From: Candidatus Heimdallarchaeota archaeon
GTDB taxonomy: Archaea; Asgardarchaeota; Heimdallarchaeia; JABLTI01
Length of the DNA stretch: 64,000 bases
Reading direction: 5' to 3'
Assembly: GCA_018238155.1 (NCBI GenBank)
Contig: JABCTZ010000032.1
Coordinates: forward strand, 96,001-160,000
The notes beneath the pieces were generated by a model. It was not told where the DNA came from. It worked only from the letters and a program-made list of their open reading frames with translations, and searched no databases. The position numbers and the translations under genes were made by a program. How positions within the stretch are numbered: position 1 is the first letter of the stretch; every line of letters begins with the position of its first letter. Positions 36,124-45,636 of this stretch are shown in pieces.

Positions 36124-36492
36124 TTACTCAAGGTTTTTTTCATCTTCTAACATTTGAAGGCATTCTTCATATACTTCAACTGCTTTTCGGAGATGTGGTA
36201 TAATTATTGATCCACCAACAATTAGTGCAACATTCATTGCTTCGTAAAATTCTGCAGGTGTTACATCTTCCTTAACACAGTTGATAATATGGTAACTTAT
36301 ACAATCATTGCAACGTAAAACTGTAGATGCAACTAATCCTAGAAGTTCTTTTACTTTGATGGATAATGCTCCTTCATCATACGCTCGAGAGTCAAGAGCA
36401 AAGAACCTTGTTATTTGCTTGTTACCGCTGTTGAGTATTTTTTCATTCATTTTCTCTCTGTATTTTTTGAATTCTTCTAATTTGTCTGCCAT
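36124..36492 (-). CDS. Carboxymuconolactone decarboxylase/AhpD-like protein
   Basis: GAL..K.KEL..L, LRCNDCISYH and VGGSI.IPH. Confidence 0.85.
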   Translation of the reverse strand: MADKLEEFKKYREKMNEKILNSGNKQITRFFALDSRAYDEGALSIKVKELLGLVASTVLRCNDCISYHIINCVKEDVTPAEFYEAMNVALIVGGSIIIPHLRKAVEVYEECLQMLEDEKNLE

Positions 36493-36632
36493 TTTGTTAG
36501 CTCCAATTCTTTAACTCTATTCAAATGTTTTATTTCTTTTTCTATTACAGGTTAACTGTTTCCGATATCTTTTTGTAACACAAAGGTTTTTTTTGAATGT
36601 TGTTAATAGTAGTTTAGTTATTATCCAAATAG

Positions 36633-37337
36633 TTGGTGGAAACTCATATGGCTCGAACAGCTCTCAAATGGATACTTGGTTTAATTTTAACAGTTATTGG
36701 ATTCTTTTTTACGGGTGTAGTTGTCGTTTTCTATATATTGGGAAGGAATACCATGGGTGGATTAATCAGTGCTATAGTTATAGGTTCAATTGGATATATT
36801 CCTGGTTTGATCTTAATTATACTTGCATTGGTTGATGGAGCACACAATGTCTTTGACTTGCGGATTTCCAAACTCCTTGAGGAACATGACCGAATCACTC
36901 CAACTGATCTTGCAGAAAAAGCTCGAAGTCGTGAAGATAAAATAGAAGCATCTGTTTCAAGAATTATTGAGAAAGGTCTAATTATTGTTTATTTTGATAA
37001 GGCTACAGGTGAATTTGTTACACAAGAGGGTCGCGCTATAGCTGAACGTATAATGGGAATCATTATCTCCAAAAGACGTGTTACTCTACAATTGCTGTGT
37101 GATGAAACAGGAATGACTGAGGATGAAGTAAAGCGTATTGTAATTGGCATGGAGAAACGAGGATTGTTTGATGGTACCTACGACTGGCAAAGTGGCAAAA
37201 TCCTCTCAAGAGAAGGCACAACCCAGCTTACCGTTGCTAAAACTAGTTGCCCACATTGTGGTGCTCATTTGACTGAACCTCCACTGCCCGGAGAAGAAAT
37301 AAAATGTAATTATTGTGGAAAAATAATTACTGGTTAG
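36633..37337 (+). CDS. Membrane protein: 2 TM helices, 2 PCI-like winged helices, C-terminal zinc ribbon
   Basis: Two hydrophobic helices, two units ending G...D...G, and CPHC...CNYC. Confidence 0.65.
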   Translation: MVETHMARTALKWILGLILTVIGFFFTGVVVVFYILGRNTMGGLISAIVIGSIGYIPGLILIILALVDGAHNVFDLRISKLLEEHDRITPTDLAEKARSREDKIEASVSRIIEKGLIIVYFDKATGEFVTQEGRAIAERIMGIIISKRRVTLQLLCDETGMTEDEVKRIVIGMEKRGLFDGTYDWQSGKILSREGTTQLTVAKTSCPHCGAHLTEPPLPGEEIKCNYCGKIITG

Positions 37338-37349
37338 TAATTTAAAAGA

Positions 37350-37370
37350 AATCTCCTTACCTAGGAGATT
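37350..37370. terminator. Hairpin between convergent genes
   Basis: AATCTCCT-tacct-AGGAGATT. Confidence 0.55.
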
Positions 37371-37384
37371 CATTCCTTTATTTT

Positions 37385-37834
37385 TTACAACTCCTTTACC
37401 ATGAGGTATCCATCTGATAAATCATCATAATACTCTTTCAATTTGCTTTTTATCTTGAAATCATATTTCTTGTAAAACTGTATTGCGGGAACATTATCTA
37501 TCTTAACTTCTAATCTTACTCTTACAATTGGTGACTTGCGCATCACATCAAGAGTAAATACTAAAATTATCAAACCAATTCCTTTTCTTTGGTGATTCGG
37601 GTGGACAGCAAAGATCATTATATGGGCTGTTTCAATTGAATATATACCAAATATGACAAACCCAACAATTAGTTTAGAGGTGGATTCCACTGCAACATAA
37701 TAATGTTCAACTCCAATAAGTGATTCTGCAAGCTCAAAAGCATCATCTCCTGGGAAACACTTCTCGCAGATAAATTGAATTTCTTTCAGGTCTTTTTTCA
37801 TTACTTTTCTTATTTCTATTGTAGAGCTGCTCAT
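37385..37834 (-). CDS. RimI/Ard1-like GNAT N-acetyltransferase
   Basis: AVHPNHQRKGIG, LEV...N..AI.FY and YY.D..D motifs. Confidence 0.85.
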   Translation of the reverse strand: MSSSTIEIRKVMKKDLKEIQFICEKCFPGDDAFELAESLIGVEHYYVAVESTSKLIVGFVIFGIYSIETAHIMIFAVHPNHQRKGIGLIILVFTLDVMRKSPIVRVRLEVKIDNVPAIQFYKKYDFKIKSKLKEYYDDLSDGYLMVKEL

Positions 37835-38095
37835 CTAAACATTTACTTCCAACAAGTGAACCAAATTAATACTCACTAATCTATTTTTAAGAATTTTTGC
37901 AAGTAATACTGAACTAATTTTCATTAATCATTACTGCTAATGAGGAGTAGTTATATATATGGGTTAAAAACTTCTCAATTTGCATAATGCTTATTTACTA
38001 GAGGAAACTCCTCAAAGTATATTATTATAATCATTTGCAAAAGTAGTGAGTCATCTCTCTTTTTGTGAAGATTATTATTTATTGGTGCAATTACA

Positions 38096-39322
38096 ATGTC
38101 AGATAAAATTTCCGAACTTCTTACAAACTTGAAATCAAAAGATGCAACAATCAGAATTAAAGCAGCAAAAAATTTAGGTGGTTTAGGTGATCGTCGTGCT
38201 ACTCCTGAATTAATGAACACAATAAAAGAAAACCCCGATGTAGAAACTCGAGTTGCTGTTGCAGAAGCTTTAGGAAAAATTGGTGATAGGGTTGCAACAG
38301 AGCTTCTTATTGATACATTTAAGCGTGATCCTGATAAAAAAGTCAAAACTGCAATGCTAATGGCCTTGGGTGAACTTGGAGATGATAATGCATACGATCT
38401 TCTGTATAACGCCATTCTAACAGAAAAACTGTTAGTAATTCGTGAAGCAGCCATTATTGCTATTGGAAAATTGAATAATAAAGCTGTTGCTATTGAACTT
38501 CAGGAAATTGTTCTTGCAGAAAAAAGTACTAAATTAATCGTTGCAGCAATAAAATCACTCTATCTTTTAGGGGAAAGAAAAGCTGCACCTATGTTCAAAG
38601 AATTACTAGAAACATCTGATAATGCAACAATCAGAGCTGAAGTTGCAACAGGTTTAGGACGAATTGGAGGACGAGAAGCATTAACACCATTAATTGCTAT
38701 TCTTAAAAAGGAAAAGGATGAAAATGTTAGAAACTCTATTGTAATCTCACTAGGACGAATAGCCAATACTACGTCAGTAGATTCATTGATAGATGTCTTG
38801 AAAAATGATGAAAGTCCAATCATTCGAAAAAGTGCTGCTTGGTCTCTTAGACGAATTAAAGTTGGTCGAATTTCAAGTGTTCTTATGACTCAACTAGATA
38901 AAGAACCGGTTGAATTTGTTAAACAAGAAATTATTGCCTCTCTTGGTAAACACAAAGAAAGGAAAGCTATTAATGCTATTGTGGAAGTATTAGCAAATTC
39001 AAAAGATATTCAAGTTAGACGTGCAGCTGCAATAGCTCTTGGAGATATTAATGATAAAAAAGCGATTGAACCTTTACTAACAACCCTTGAAACAGATACT
39101 TCTGTTGAAGTAAGAAAATATGCTGCTTGGGCTCTTAGTAAACTGAAAAGTGTTAACTCTAAAGAAATATTAATTGAATATAAACAAAAAGAGAAGGATG
39201 ATTCGGTAAAAGAAATGATTCAAACTGCAATCAATACAATAGAAAATGCTATCAAACAAGCGGAAACCGAAGCTGCAAAAGCAGAAGAGCGTGCTAAAAA
39301 GGAAGAGTATTATTACTTTTAA
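38096..39322 (+). CDS. HEAT-repeat (PBS lyase-type) protein
   Basis: About 11 repeats of roughly 32 aa, (V/I)R..AA.ALG.IGD..A...L. Confidence 0.88.
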   Translation: MSDKISELLTNLKSKDATIRIKAAKNLGGLGDRRATPELMNTIKENPDVETRVAVAEALGKIGDRVATELLIDTFKRDPDKKVKTAMLMALGELGDDNAYDLLYNAILTEKLLVIREAAIIAIGKLNNKAVAIELQEIVLAEKSTKLIVAAIKSLYLLGERKAAPMFKELLETSDNATIRAEVATGLGRIGGREALTPLIAILKKEKDENVRNSIVISLGRIANTTSVDSLIDVLKNDESPIIRKSAAWSLRRIKVGRISSVLMTQLDKEPVEFVKQEIIASLGKHKERKAINAIVEVLANSKDIQVRRAAAIALGDINDKKAIEPLLTTLETDTSVEVRKYAAWALSKLKSVNSKEILIEYKQKEKDDSVKEMIQTAINTIENAIKQAETEAAKAEERAKKEEYYYF

Positions 39323-39343
39323 TTTTCCTTTTTTAGATATTTT

Positions 39344-39796
39344 CTATAGTAATTTCTCTTGTTGAAAATCACCAATCAGTTCTCCAAACGATATACCATT
39401 ACTTAATGCATGTGTATATGAGATTTTGTAATTAGTTCCATTGCGAACACTCAAAAGTTGATCTGGAACATGTAAGAATGAAAATCCTTTGCGACGATTT
39501 TTGAATTTTACACCAACATAAGGTTCAAAGCCAATTCTCTTGCTGAATGCAAGTAAACCGACGATTTGCTCCTTGCTAATATAAAGAGTATTTTTCCGTA
39601 TTGTCTTAATTTCAAGAACAAAGAATTTCTTTCGTTTAACTGAACCCGCAATTAGATCTGGTCTTGGAAGAATTGTGCCACCTCCAGATGCAGGCGCACG
39701 AAGAACTGCAAAACCCGCTTCCCAGAACATATGAACTAAATCTCTTTCTGCTTTAACACCACTTGAAGACAAATACACACCCATCATAATGTACAA
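39344..39796 (-). CDS. hjc: Archaeal Holliday junction resolvase
   Basis: G..AERDL, GFAVLRAPASGG, PDLIA and LEIK (PD-(D/E)xK). Confidence 0.9.
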   Translation of the reverse strand: MYIMMGVYLSSSGVKAERDLVHMFWEAGFAVLRAPASGGGTILPRPDLIAGSVKRKKFFVLEIKTIRKNTLYISKEQIVGLLAFSKRIGFEPYVGVKFKNRRKGFSFLHVPDQLLSVRNGTNYKISYTHALSNGISFGELIGDFQQEKLL

Positions 39797-39942
39797 TAAA
39801 TCAAATAAAAATTCTAGGAAGAGATGGCTAATGATTTTGTTGAAATCGTACTAATAAGAGTTATATTTGAAATCTAAGAGATAAAATTTGTAATTACATC
39901 TTTCTAAAAGATCAAAGGTTTGATTTAAAAATAGAGAATTGA

Positions 39943-40068
39943 TCTGGAAAGCGACAGCCCAAAAATCGACCATTGTTTCAGGGAAAACAATGGGGAGCGC
40001 GTATGGACGGGCTTATCGCAATCCAGAATGCAGGTGAACAGGTCTCATAATGAGACCGGTTTTTTTTT
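39943..40068 (+). ncRNA. Candidate structured non-coding RNA (strand uncertain)
   Basis: Four nested stems, then a separate hairpin and a T9 run; about 50% GC by hand count in an AT-rich intergenic region; no recognisable family. Confidence 0.5.
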
Positions 40069-40112
40069 GAACAAGGTCTCTCTTGTTACAAGCATGATTT
40101 TGGATTGATTTT

Positions 40113-40847
40113 CTAATTCTCAGCCATTTTCATGACCAGAGATATTGCTGAAATGACATCTTTAGCGGGAATACCTTCTCCTCGTTTGTAAATCAAAAGT
40201 GTGCCTTTATTAGATATTTGAGCACTAATTTGACTTCTATTTGGGAGATCAATAAATCCTCTAAAGTAGCTAATAACTCCTTGTCTTCTATAAATGGTCC
40301 ATTCTGCACTATCAAGAATATCGCCATTCAATTGAATTTTATTAAGAGCTTGGTTCTCTAAATCGGATATCTGTACTGTTTTAAGTAAAGCCGCATCCTT
40401 GCATAAATTAACCATAGCTGTATCATTTAAATTTACACTATCGAATTCAACTCCAAGGAGCTCCATTAATGGCACTAATCCTTTCTTAGACACCCATGAA
40501 GTTCCTCGACATTCGAGATATTTTTGTTTAGTATGAATAATATATTCGCATTTTCCTTGTGAATATACTACTTCATTTGTAATTTGATCATCCTTCATTC
40601 TTTGCACTGTGATTGGTTGTCCAATTGTATAGTAGACACTTATCATATTGCTATCTGTATCTACATCTGAAAATCCCTCGTAGAATTTTCTGTTTTTAAA
40701 TTCAACTGGATGTTCTTTCAATTTTTTGACAATCGTTTGTGCACTACCTAAAGTTCCGCCATTAACATGATATAATCTTAAAGGTAAGACCATACCTCGT
40801 GGAATTATTAAACCATTTACTTGGAGAGCCATTTTTTCACCTTGCAT
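40113..40847 (-). CDS. Hypothetical alpha/beta protein; start is probably the second Met (MALQV) after AGGTGA
   Basis: 244-aa ORF with an upstream TTTATAAA box near 40911. Confidence 0.6.
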   Translation of the reverse strand: MQGEKMALQVNGLIIPRGMVLPLRLYHVNGGTLGSAQTIVKKLKEHPVEFKNRKFYEGFSDVDTDSNMISVYYTIGQPITVQRMKDDQITNEVVYSQGKCEYIIHTKQKYLECRGTSWVSKKGLVPLMELLGVEFDSVNLNDTAMVNLCKDAALLKTVQISDLENQALNKIQLNGDILDSAEWTIYRRQGVISYFRGFIDLPNRSQISAQISNKGTLLIYKRGEGIPAKDVISAISLVMKMAEN

Positions 40848-41078
40848 TAAAGTCCGAGGACTCCTAACTGACCTCGGTTTCTATTGGAATCCAACTTATG
40901 TGGTTCTCTCTTTATAAACTTTACTCACCTCTCCTTCCATTGGAGCCTTTTTTTTTCGTTGTCTAAATATAATAGAAGATGAAGAGAAGGAATGATTTTA
41001 CAAAAAATGTGAGTTAAAAAGCTAAAAGGACAACCTTAAATCAATGAATGTACCAAACATATTAGTGAGGAATTTATA

Positions 41079-42251
41079 ATGGCAATCAAAAAACTCCAAG
41101 GGTTGAAAGTAGGACGATTACTAGTACTGATATTGTTAATTGGCATTCCTTTAGCTTTTATTTTAATGGTTGTTGGCTCAGAACTTAATTGGTTTGGTCC
41201 GATACTGACTTGGGATATGTTTCTATATATTGGAACTACTGATATCGCTTTCTTACCTGAAGGTTGGGCGAAATTTTTCGTTTGGTTTGGTGCTCCTGTA
41301 TTCTTTAGCATTCCATGGGTAACTTTTCTCTTCATCGACAAAGATCGAGTAGGAGAAACCTTTGATAACATGGGCAGAGCTTTGAGAAAAGTGAGCATAG
41401 GTTTGAACATCTTCTATAGTGTGAATACAATTTTCATATTTATCTTCTTCATATTACCATTTGGTTCTCCAGCAATAGCTGTCTTTGCAGCATTTGGTCT
41501 TGTTCCCTGGTTAGTTAAAAAGAAAACTGGAGCGAACATTCCTTGGTGGCTTACAATGATACCAGGGCTAATATTAGCAGCAATACCTATTGTACTTTCA
41601 GTTGGATATTATGCAAATTATGCTGAAATTTGGACTGGCATTTGGGGAACTTGGACTGGTGCTGGAGCTGGTAATGGAGAAACTCTCTTAGAGCAATTTG
41701 GTTTGATTCATTATCTGTATGGCTTTGGTTATTCTGTTGCAATTGGTGCAGTAGTAGCTGGTTTCTTTTCCTTCATTTATGAAGGGGCATCTCAAGTGGA
41801 TCAACACAACCAGAGACCAAAGGGATTACTCTATATCGTAGAATTTGCTGTCGGTGCAGGAATATTAGCACTATATTTAGCATTACCTATGAATGACTCT
41901 CGAGATATTGTCTTTTATGTGATAAGCGGGATTGCAATAGGTGTAGGTGTGTTAGAATTTCTGTTACGTTGGTTTAAGAAAGTCAAACGAACCGATAAAA
42001 ACAATGTACCAATCGGTGCATATGTTATGTTACCTCTTTTCATTGGGGTCGATTTAATTCGAACAGGAAAAGTCGGTGCAATAAGAAATCATGCACTTAC
42101 TGTAGCATTGGCATTAGTTTGTGTAATATATCTCATCCTATTCATTATGGCATATTCATTTGCCGGAGAAGCTTACCCATCTCGTTGGAGTAAATCTGGT
42201 GATGATGACGACGACGATGATAGTGACGATGATGATTCTGATGAAGAGTAG
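41079..42251 (+). CDS. Polytopic membrane protein with a poly-Asp C-terminal tail
   Basis: About 9-10 hydrophobic segments; ends GDDDDDDDSDDDDSDEE. Confidence 0.65.
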   Translation: MAIKKLQGLKVGRLLVLILLIGIPLAFILMVVGSELNWFGPILTWDMFLYIGTTDIAFLPEGWAKFFVWFGAPVFFSIPWVTFLFIDKDRVGETFDNMGRALRKVSIGLNIFYSVNTIFIFIFFILPFGSPAIAVFAAFGLVPWLVKKKTGANIPWWLTMIPGLILAAIPIVLSVGYYANYAEIWTGIWGTWTGAGAGNGETLLEQFGLIHYLYGFGYSVAIGAVVAGFFSFIYEGASQVDQHNQRPKGLLYIVEFAVGAGILALYLALPMNDSRDIVFYVISGIAIGVGVLEFLLRWFKKVKRTDKNNVPIGAYVMLPLFIGVDLIRTGKVGAIRNHALTVALALVCVIYLILFIMAYSFAGEAYPSRWSKSGDDDDDDDSDDDDSDEE

Positions 42252-42353
42252 GAAATAATCCTAACTCTTCTAAAATTTCTTTTTTATTTATGGAAAAATA
42301 GTTATTTAGCTTGTATTATTATTCTTTTCTAGTAGCTTTCTTGAGGTTGCCAA

Positions 42354-43844
42354 GTGGTTAATGATAATTGGGTTACATTATATGAAAAATCAATTGACAA
42401 AGTTGCTATAAATCTGTCAAATCTTAAAGGCATGTTTGTTGGACTAAATGTCAATGTTGACGCAATTCTTTTTGTAAATCCTGAATTGATTCTACAGCTA
42501 AAACAAAAGTTAGATGTTGATTCAGATGTTCTGGTTCAAAGAATAAAAGAATGGAAAGGGATTATTGAAACGCCTAGTGATTTTTTAACAGGGCTATGTG
42601 GTTGTTTTTCTCAAGGTAAAGCAAGTGAATGGATAATTCAAAACAAAAAAACTTATGATTATTTATTAAGAAATCTCCCCCTTGACACTGAATTGCGGAT
42701 GGGTGGCAATGCAGGTATTATGTCAGAAATTTTGGCTCAAATTGATGTTCCTAATATCTATGTTCATGCAGTATCTCTTTCAAAAGAGCTTCGAGAACTT
42801 TTCTCTGAAAAAGAAAAAATCAAAATACCTATCTTAGCGGACAACAAGAATATTATCTTTGAACATCCTAAGAAAGCTGAATCAAAGAATGAAGATTTGT
42901 ATTTACATATAATCTCTGAATTTGATCAAGGTGATGTGTTACGCCTTTCAGAAGATATTATTTGGAAATGTCCTCGAGATAATCGTTTCATTGCGACATT
43001 TGATCCTCCAAACTCCAAATTAGATTTAATCAAAGGCTTTGAATACGGAATAGATTGTTTAGCAAATAAATGTGATGCATTTATTATTTCTGGTTTTCAT
43101 ATGCTTGATATCAAGGATAATGATATTATTGGTATTCGCGAAAAAATAGTTAACATTTTTAATTTATTATCACAAGCAAAAAAAGCGAATCCACAACTCG
43201 TTCTACAGCTAGAATTATGTAGCACAAAAAATAAAGAAGTCCTGAAACAATTAATCTTTCTTTCAAAAGAAAGAGAAATTTGGAATAGCTTAAGTTGTAA
43301 TGAAAGAGAACTTAGTGAGATACTAGAAATTTTAAACTATGAAAAATTATCAAAATCAATAAAACAACATTGTTATCAAAGAGATATTATTGAAGGGTGT
43401 TTAGAAGTTTCCAAAGACTTGAAGTTAAATAGATTTCATTTACATGAATATGGATGTTATATACTACTTGCTGATAAAGTTAAATTTGATACACCGGAAA
43501 ATCTGACACAAGCATTACTTTTTTCATCTCTACTAACAGCATACAGAGCAAGTACAGGCGAGAATTTAGTATTAGAGTTGGTTAAAAAAAAGGCAGCTAG
43601 TTTTCTACTTAATTTCAAACTTACTAATCAATTTATTCAGATCGCTGAACATTTGGATGAAAAGTATTCAATTGACAAAAATGACTTTATGAAAAATGGT
43701 CGAACAATAATCGATAGCTATCATTTGATAGCTATACCAACAATTCTTATTGATCTACCTCAACTCACAGTAGGATTAGGAGACACTATATCATCAACAG
43801 CTTTAACTGCACAACTTGCATTACAGAAAAATAATTTAGGTTGA
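42354..43844 (+). CDS. ADP-dependent phosphofructokinase/glucokinase
   Basis: N.NVDAI, RMGGNAGIM, PRDNRFI, ISGFH, NE.EL and TVGLGDTIS. Confidence 0.9.
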   Translation: MVNDNWVTLYEKSIDKVAINLSNLKGMFVGLNVNVDAILFVNPELILQLKQKLDVDSDVLVQRIKEWKGIIETPSDFLTGLCGCFSQGKASEWIIQNKKTYDYLLRNLPLDTELRMGGNAGIMSEILAQIDVPNIYVHAVSLSKELRELFSEKEKIKIPILADNKNIIFEHPKKAESKNEDLYLHIISEFDQGDVLRLSEDIIWKCPRDNRFIATFDPPNSKLDLIKGFEYGIDCLANKCDAFIISGFHMLDIKDNDIIGIREKIVNIFNLLSQAKKANPQLVLQLELCSTKNKEVLKQLIFLSKEREIWNSLSCNERELSEILEILNYEKLSKSIKQHCYQRDIIEGCLEVSKDLKLNRFHLHEYGCYILLADKVKFDTPENLTQALLFSSLLTAYRASTGENLVLELVKKKAASFLLNFKLTNQFIQIAEHLDEKYSIDKNDFMKNGRTIIDSYHLIAIPTILIDLPQLTVGLGDTISSTALTAQLALQKNNLG

Positions 43845-44033
43845 AATCCCCTCTAATCAATTATTCGATATCATTTTTGTGTGTGAAAACAAATTCAAAA
43901 TACAATTCTAAGAAATTACAATAGATTTTTTAGTGCAATCCATTCTCAAAAGCAAAACGTATTCTAGTAATGATATGTCAATATTATTTAGGCTTTTATT
44001 AGCTAAGTAAAGAATATACTTAGGTGTTAAATA

Positions 44034-44543
44034 ATGCAACATCATAGCCCAGAACAAGACATAAAAATTGTGGTAACTGGACCTTACAATGCCGGGAAAT
44101 CTGAATTCGTACAACGTTTTGGTGATAGACCAATCAATGTTGCAATAAATGGAACAACAGTTGGAATGGATTTTACTCATGAAATGATTGATGATTTTCA
44201 CGTGCACATTTTTGGTACTCCAGGTCAAGATCACTTTAAAGATGTACAACAATGCGTAGCAAAAGGTGCTGCTGGAATAATAATGGTTGTAGATAGTTCT
44301 GATCCTGCTACTTTTGGGCAAGTTGAAACTCTCACAAAGAGAATAAAAGCTGTTTGTGGTCGTGTTCCAATCATCATTTGTGCAAATAAACAAGATAAAG
44401 CAGGTGCTATTGCTCCTGAAAAAATAAAGCAAATGATTGGGTTCAAAGGAAAAATAATCGGAACATCTGCAGTTAGTGGATCAGGAACGAAATCATCTAT
44501 TATTGAGGTCTTAAAACAAATTCGTAAAGAAAAAGGGATGTAA
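44034..44543 (+). CDS. Small GTPase, MglA-like
   Basis: G1 GPYNAGKS, G2 TTVGMDF, G3 FGTPGQ, G4 NKQD and G5 TSA. Confidence 0.88.
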   Translation: MQHHSPEQDIKIVVTGPYNAGKSEFVQRFGDRPINVAINGTTVGMDFTHEMIDDFHVHIFGTPGQDHFKDVQQCVAKGAAGIIMVVDSSDPATFGQVETLTKRIKAVCGRVPIIICANKQDKAGAIAPEKIKQMIGFKGKIIGTSAVSGSGTKSSIIEVLKQIRKEKGM

Positions 44544-44615
44544 CGAGATTTTCAAAGTATTTTACCATCCCCAATTTTTTTTCTTTTATAGCTTTTTTTT
44601 AAAAATAGAATAAAA

Positions 44616-44640
44616 AAGTAAATGAACTGATCATTTACTT
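44616..44640. terminator. Perfect 10-bp inverted repeat between convergent genes
   Basis: AAGTAAATGA-actga-TCATTTACTT. Confidence 0.5.
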
Positions 44641-44643
44641 AAT

Positions 44644-45636
44644 TTAATAATATAGCACTTTTTCAGGATCGATCTTAGCGTCATCATGTACTTCCCAAAC
44701 AATTTTCTTCTGTCTTTTCTTGGAAGATTCGAAGATTTTATCTTCTTCTTCTAATTGTTTCATATGGGCTTTAAGTGTTAAATCTTGCACTAAATATTTC
44801 CACGGTTTGTACCATTCGATTCCTAAACTAAGATTTACTTCTTCTCGTATTTCCTCAAATGTACTTGCACCATTTGTTGTGAGAGTGACTAAAATTGTTT
44901 CTTCATAATTATTGTGGGCACTAAGTGCCTGTTTTATTAGTTCTTTAGCTTGTCCACCGAGATAAGCTCCATCATAAGCGGGGCAAAGCATATCTATATT
45001 TGCTCGAGATATAAATGCCAAAGCTTTCTCTCTTTCTACGGTACTACCCGTGAGATCGATTAAATAATTACTAAAACTCATTGGGTAGATGTAGAGTTCT
45101 GCACCGGCAAAAATAGCCTTTTGTTTTGAACTGAAAAACATTGAATGTCCTGCACTAAATCCTGGATAACAGACTGTGAAGATTGTTGTTCCTCCTAATT
45201 GGAATTTATCACTATCATCAAAAACCGCATGTGGTTTTACTCCTTTCAACCTTTCCCAGGGCTCATAGGAAAATTTACCACCTTTTCTATTTGGTTCAAA
45301 GTGTTTCTCAGGTAAATACAAATAGGGTTTTCTAATAGTATCCTCAGCGTCTTTGTGACAAACTAATTCAGCTTTAGGAAACATCTGCTTTAGTTTCACT
45401 GCACCACCAATTGCATCATGATGCTCTCGAGTAAGGAAAATATATTTCACATCTTTAGCTTTTCTTCCAGCATGATCAATACATTCTCCAATTTCATGCT
45501 GTATTGTGTTGCGGATGCCAGTATCAATAATGGCTATTTTTTCATCCATTACTATGTAAACTGCATTTCTTTCTCCTCCTGGACCGTGTTCACCATACAC
45601 ATTCCAAATGCCATCATTAATTTCATTAAATGTCAT
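44644..45636 (-). CDS. Metallo-beta-lactamase-fold protein with degenerate metal ligands and a C-terminal winged helix
   Basis: IIDTG, TREHHDAIGG, PGFSAGH, PAYD and a wH-like tail LKAHMKQLEEEDKI. Confidence 0.75.
   Translation of the reverse strand: MTFNEINDGIWNVYGEHGPGGERNAVYIVMDEKIAIIDTGIRNTIQHEIGECIDHAGRKAKDVKYIFLTREHHDAIGGAVKLKQMFPKAELVCHKDAEDTIRKPYLYLPEKHFEPNRKGGKFSYEPWERLKGVKPHAVFDDSDKFQLGGTTIFTVCYPGFSAGHSMFFSSKQKAIFAGAELYIYPMSFSNYLIDLTGSTVEREKALAFISRANIDMLCPAYDGAYLGGQAKELIKQALSAHNNYEETILVTLTTNGASTFEEIREEVNLSLGIEWYKPWKYLVQDLTLKAHMKQLEEEDKIFESSKKRQKKIVWEVHDDAKIDPEKVLYY

Noticed and set aside
37975-38454. 159-aa ORF on -
   Set aside because: It is antisense to the clear HEAT-repeat gene and has no motifs.
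38096-39322. HEAT protein as deoxyhypusine hydroxylase for aIF5A
   Set aside because: It lacks the repeated His-Glu iron-binding motifs of DOHH.
43908-44432. 174-aa ORF on -
   Set aside because: It is antisense to the GTPase, which has all five G motifs.
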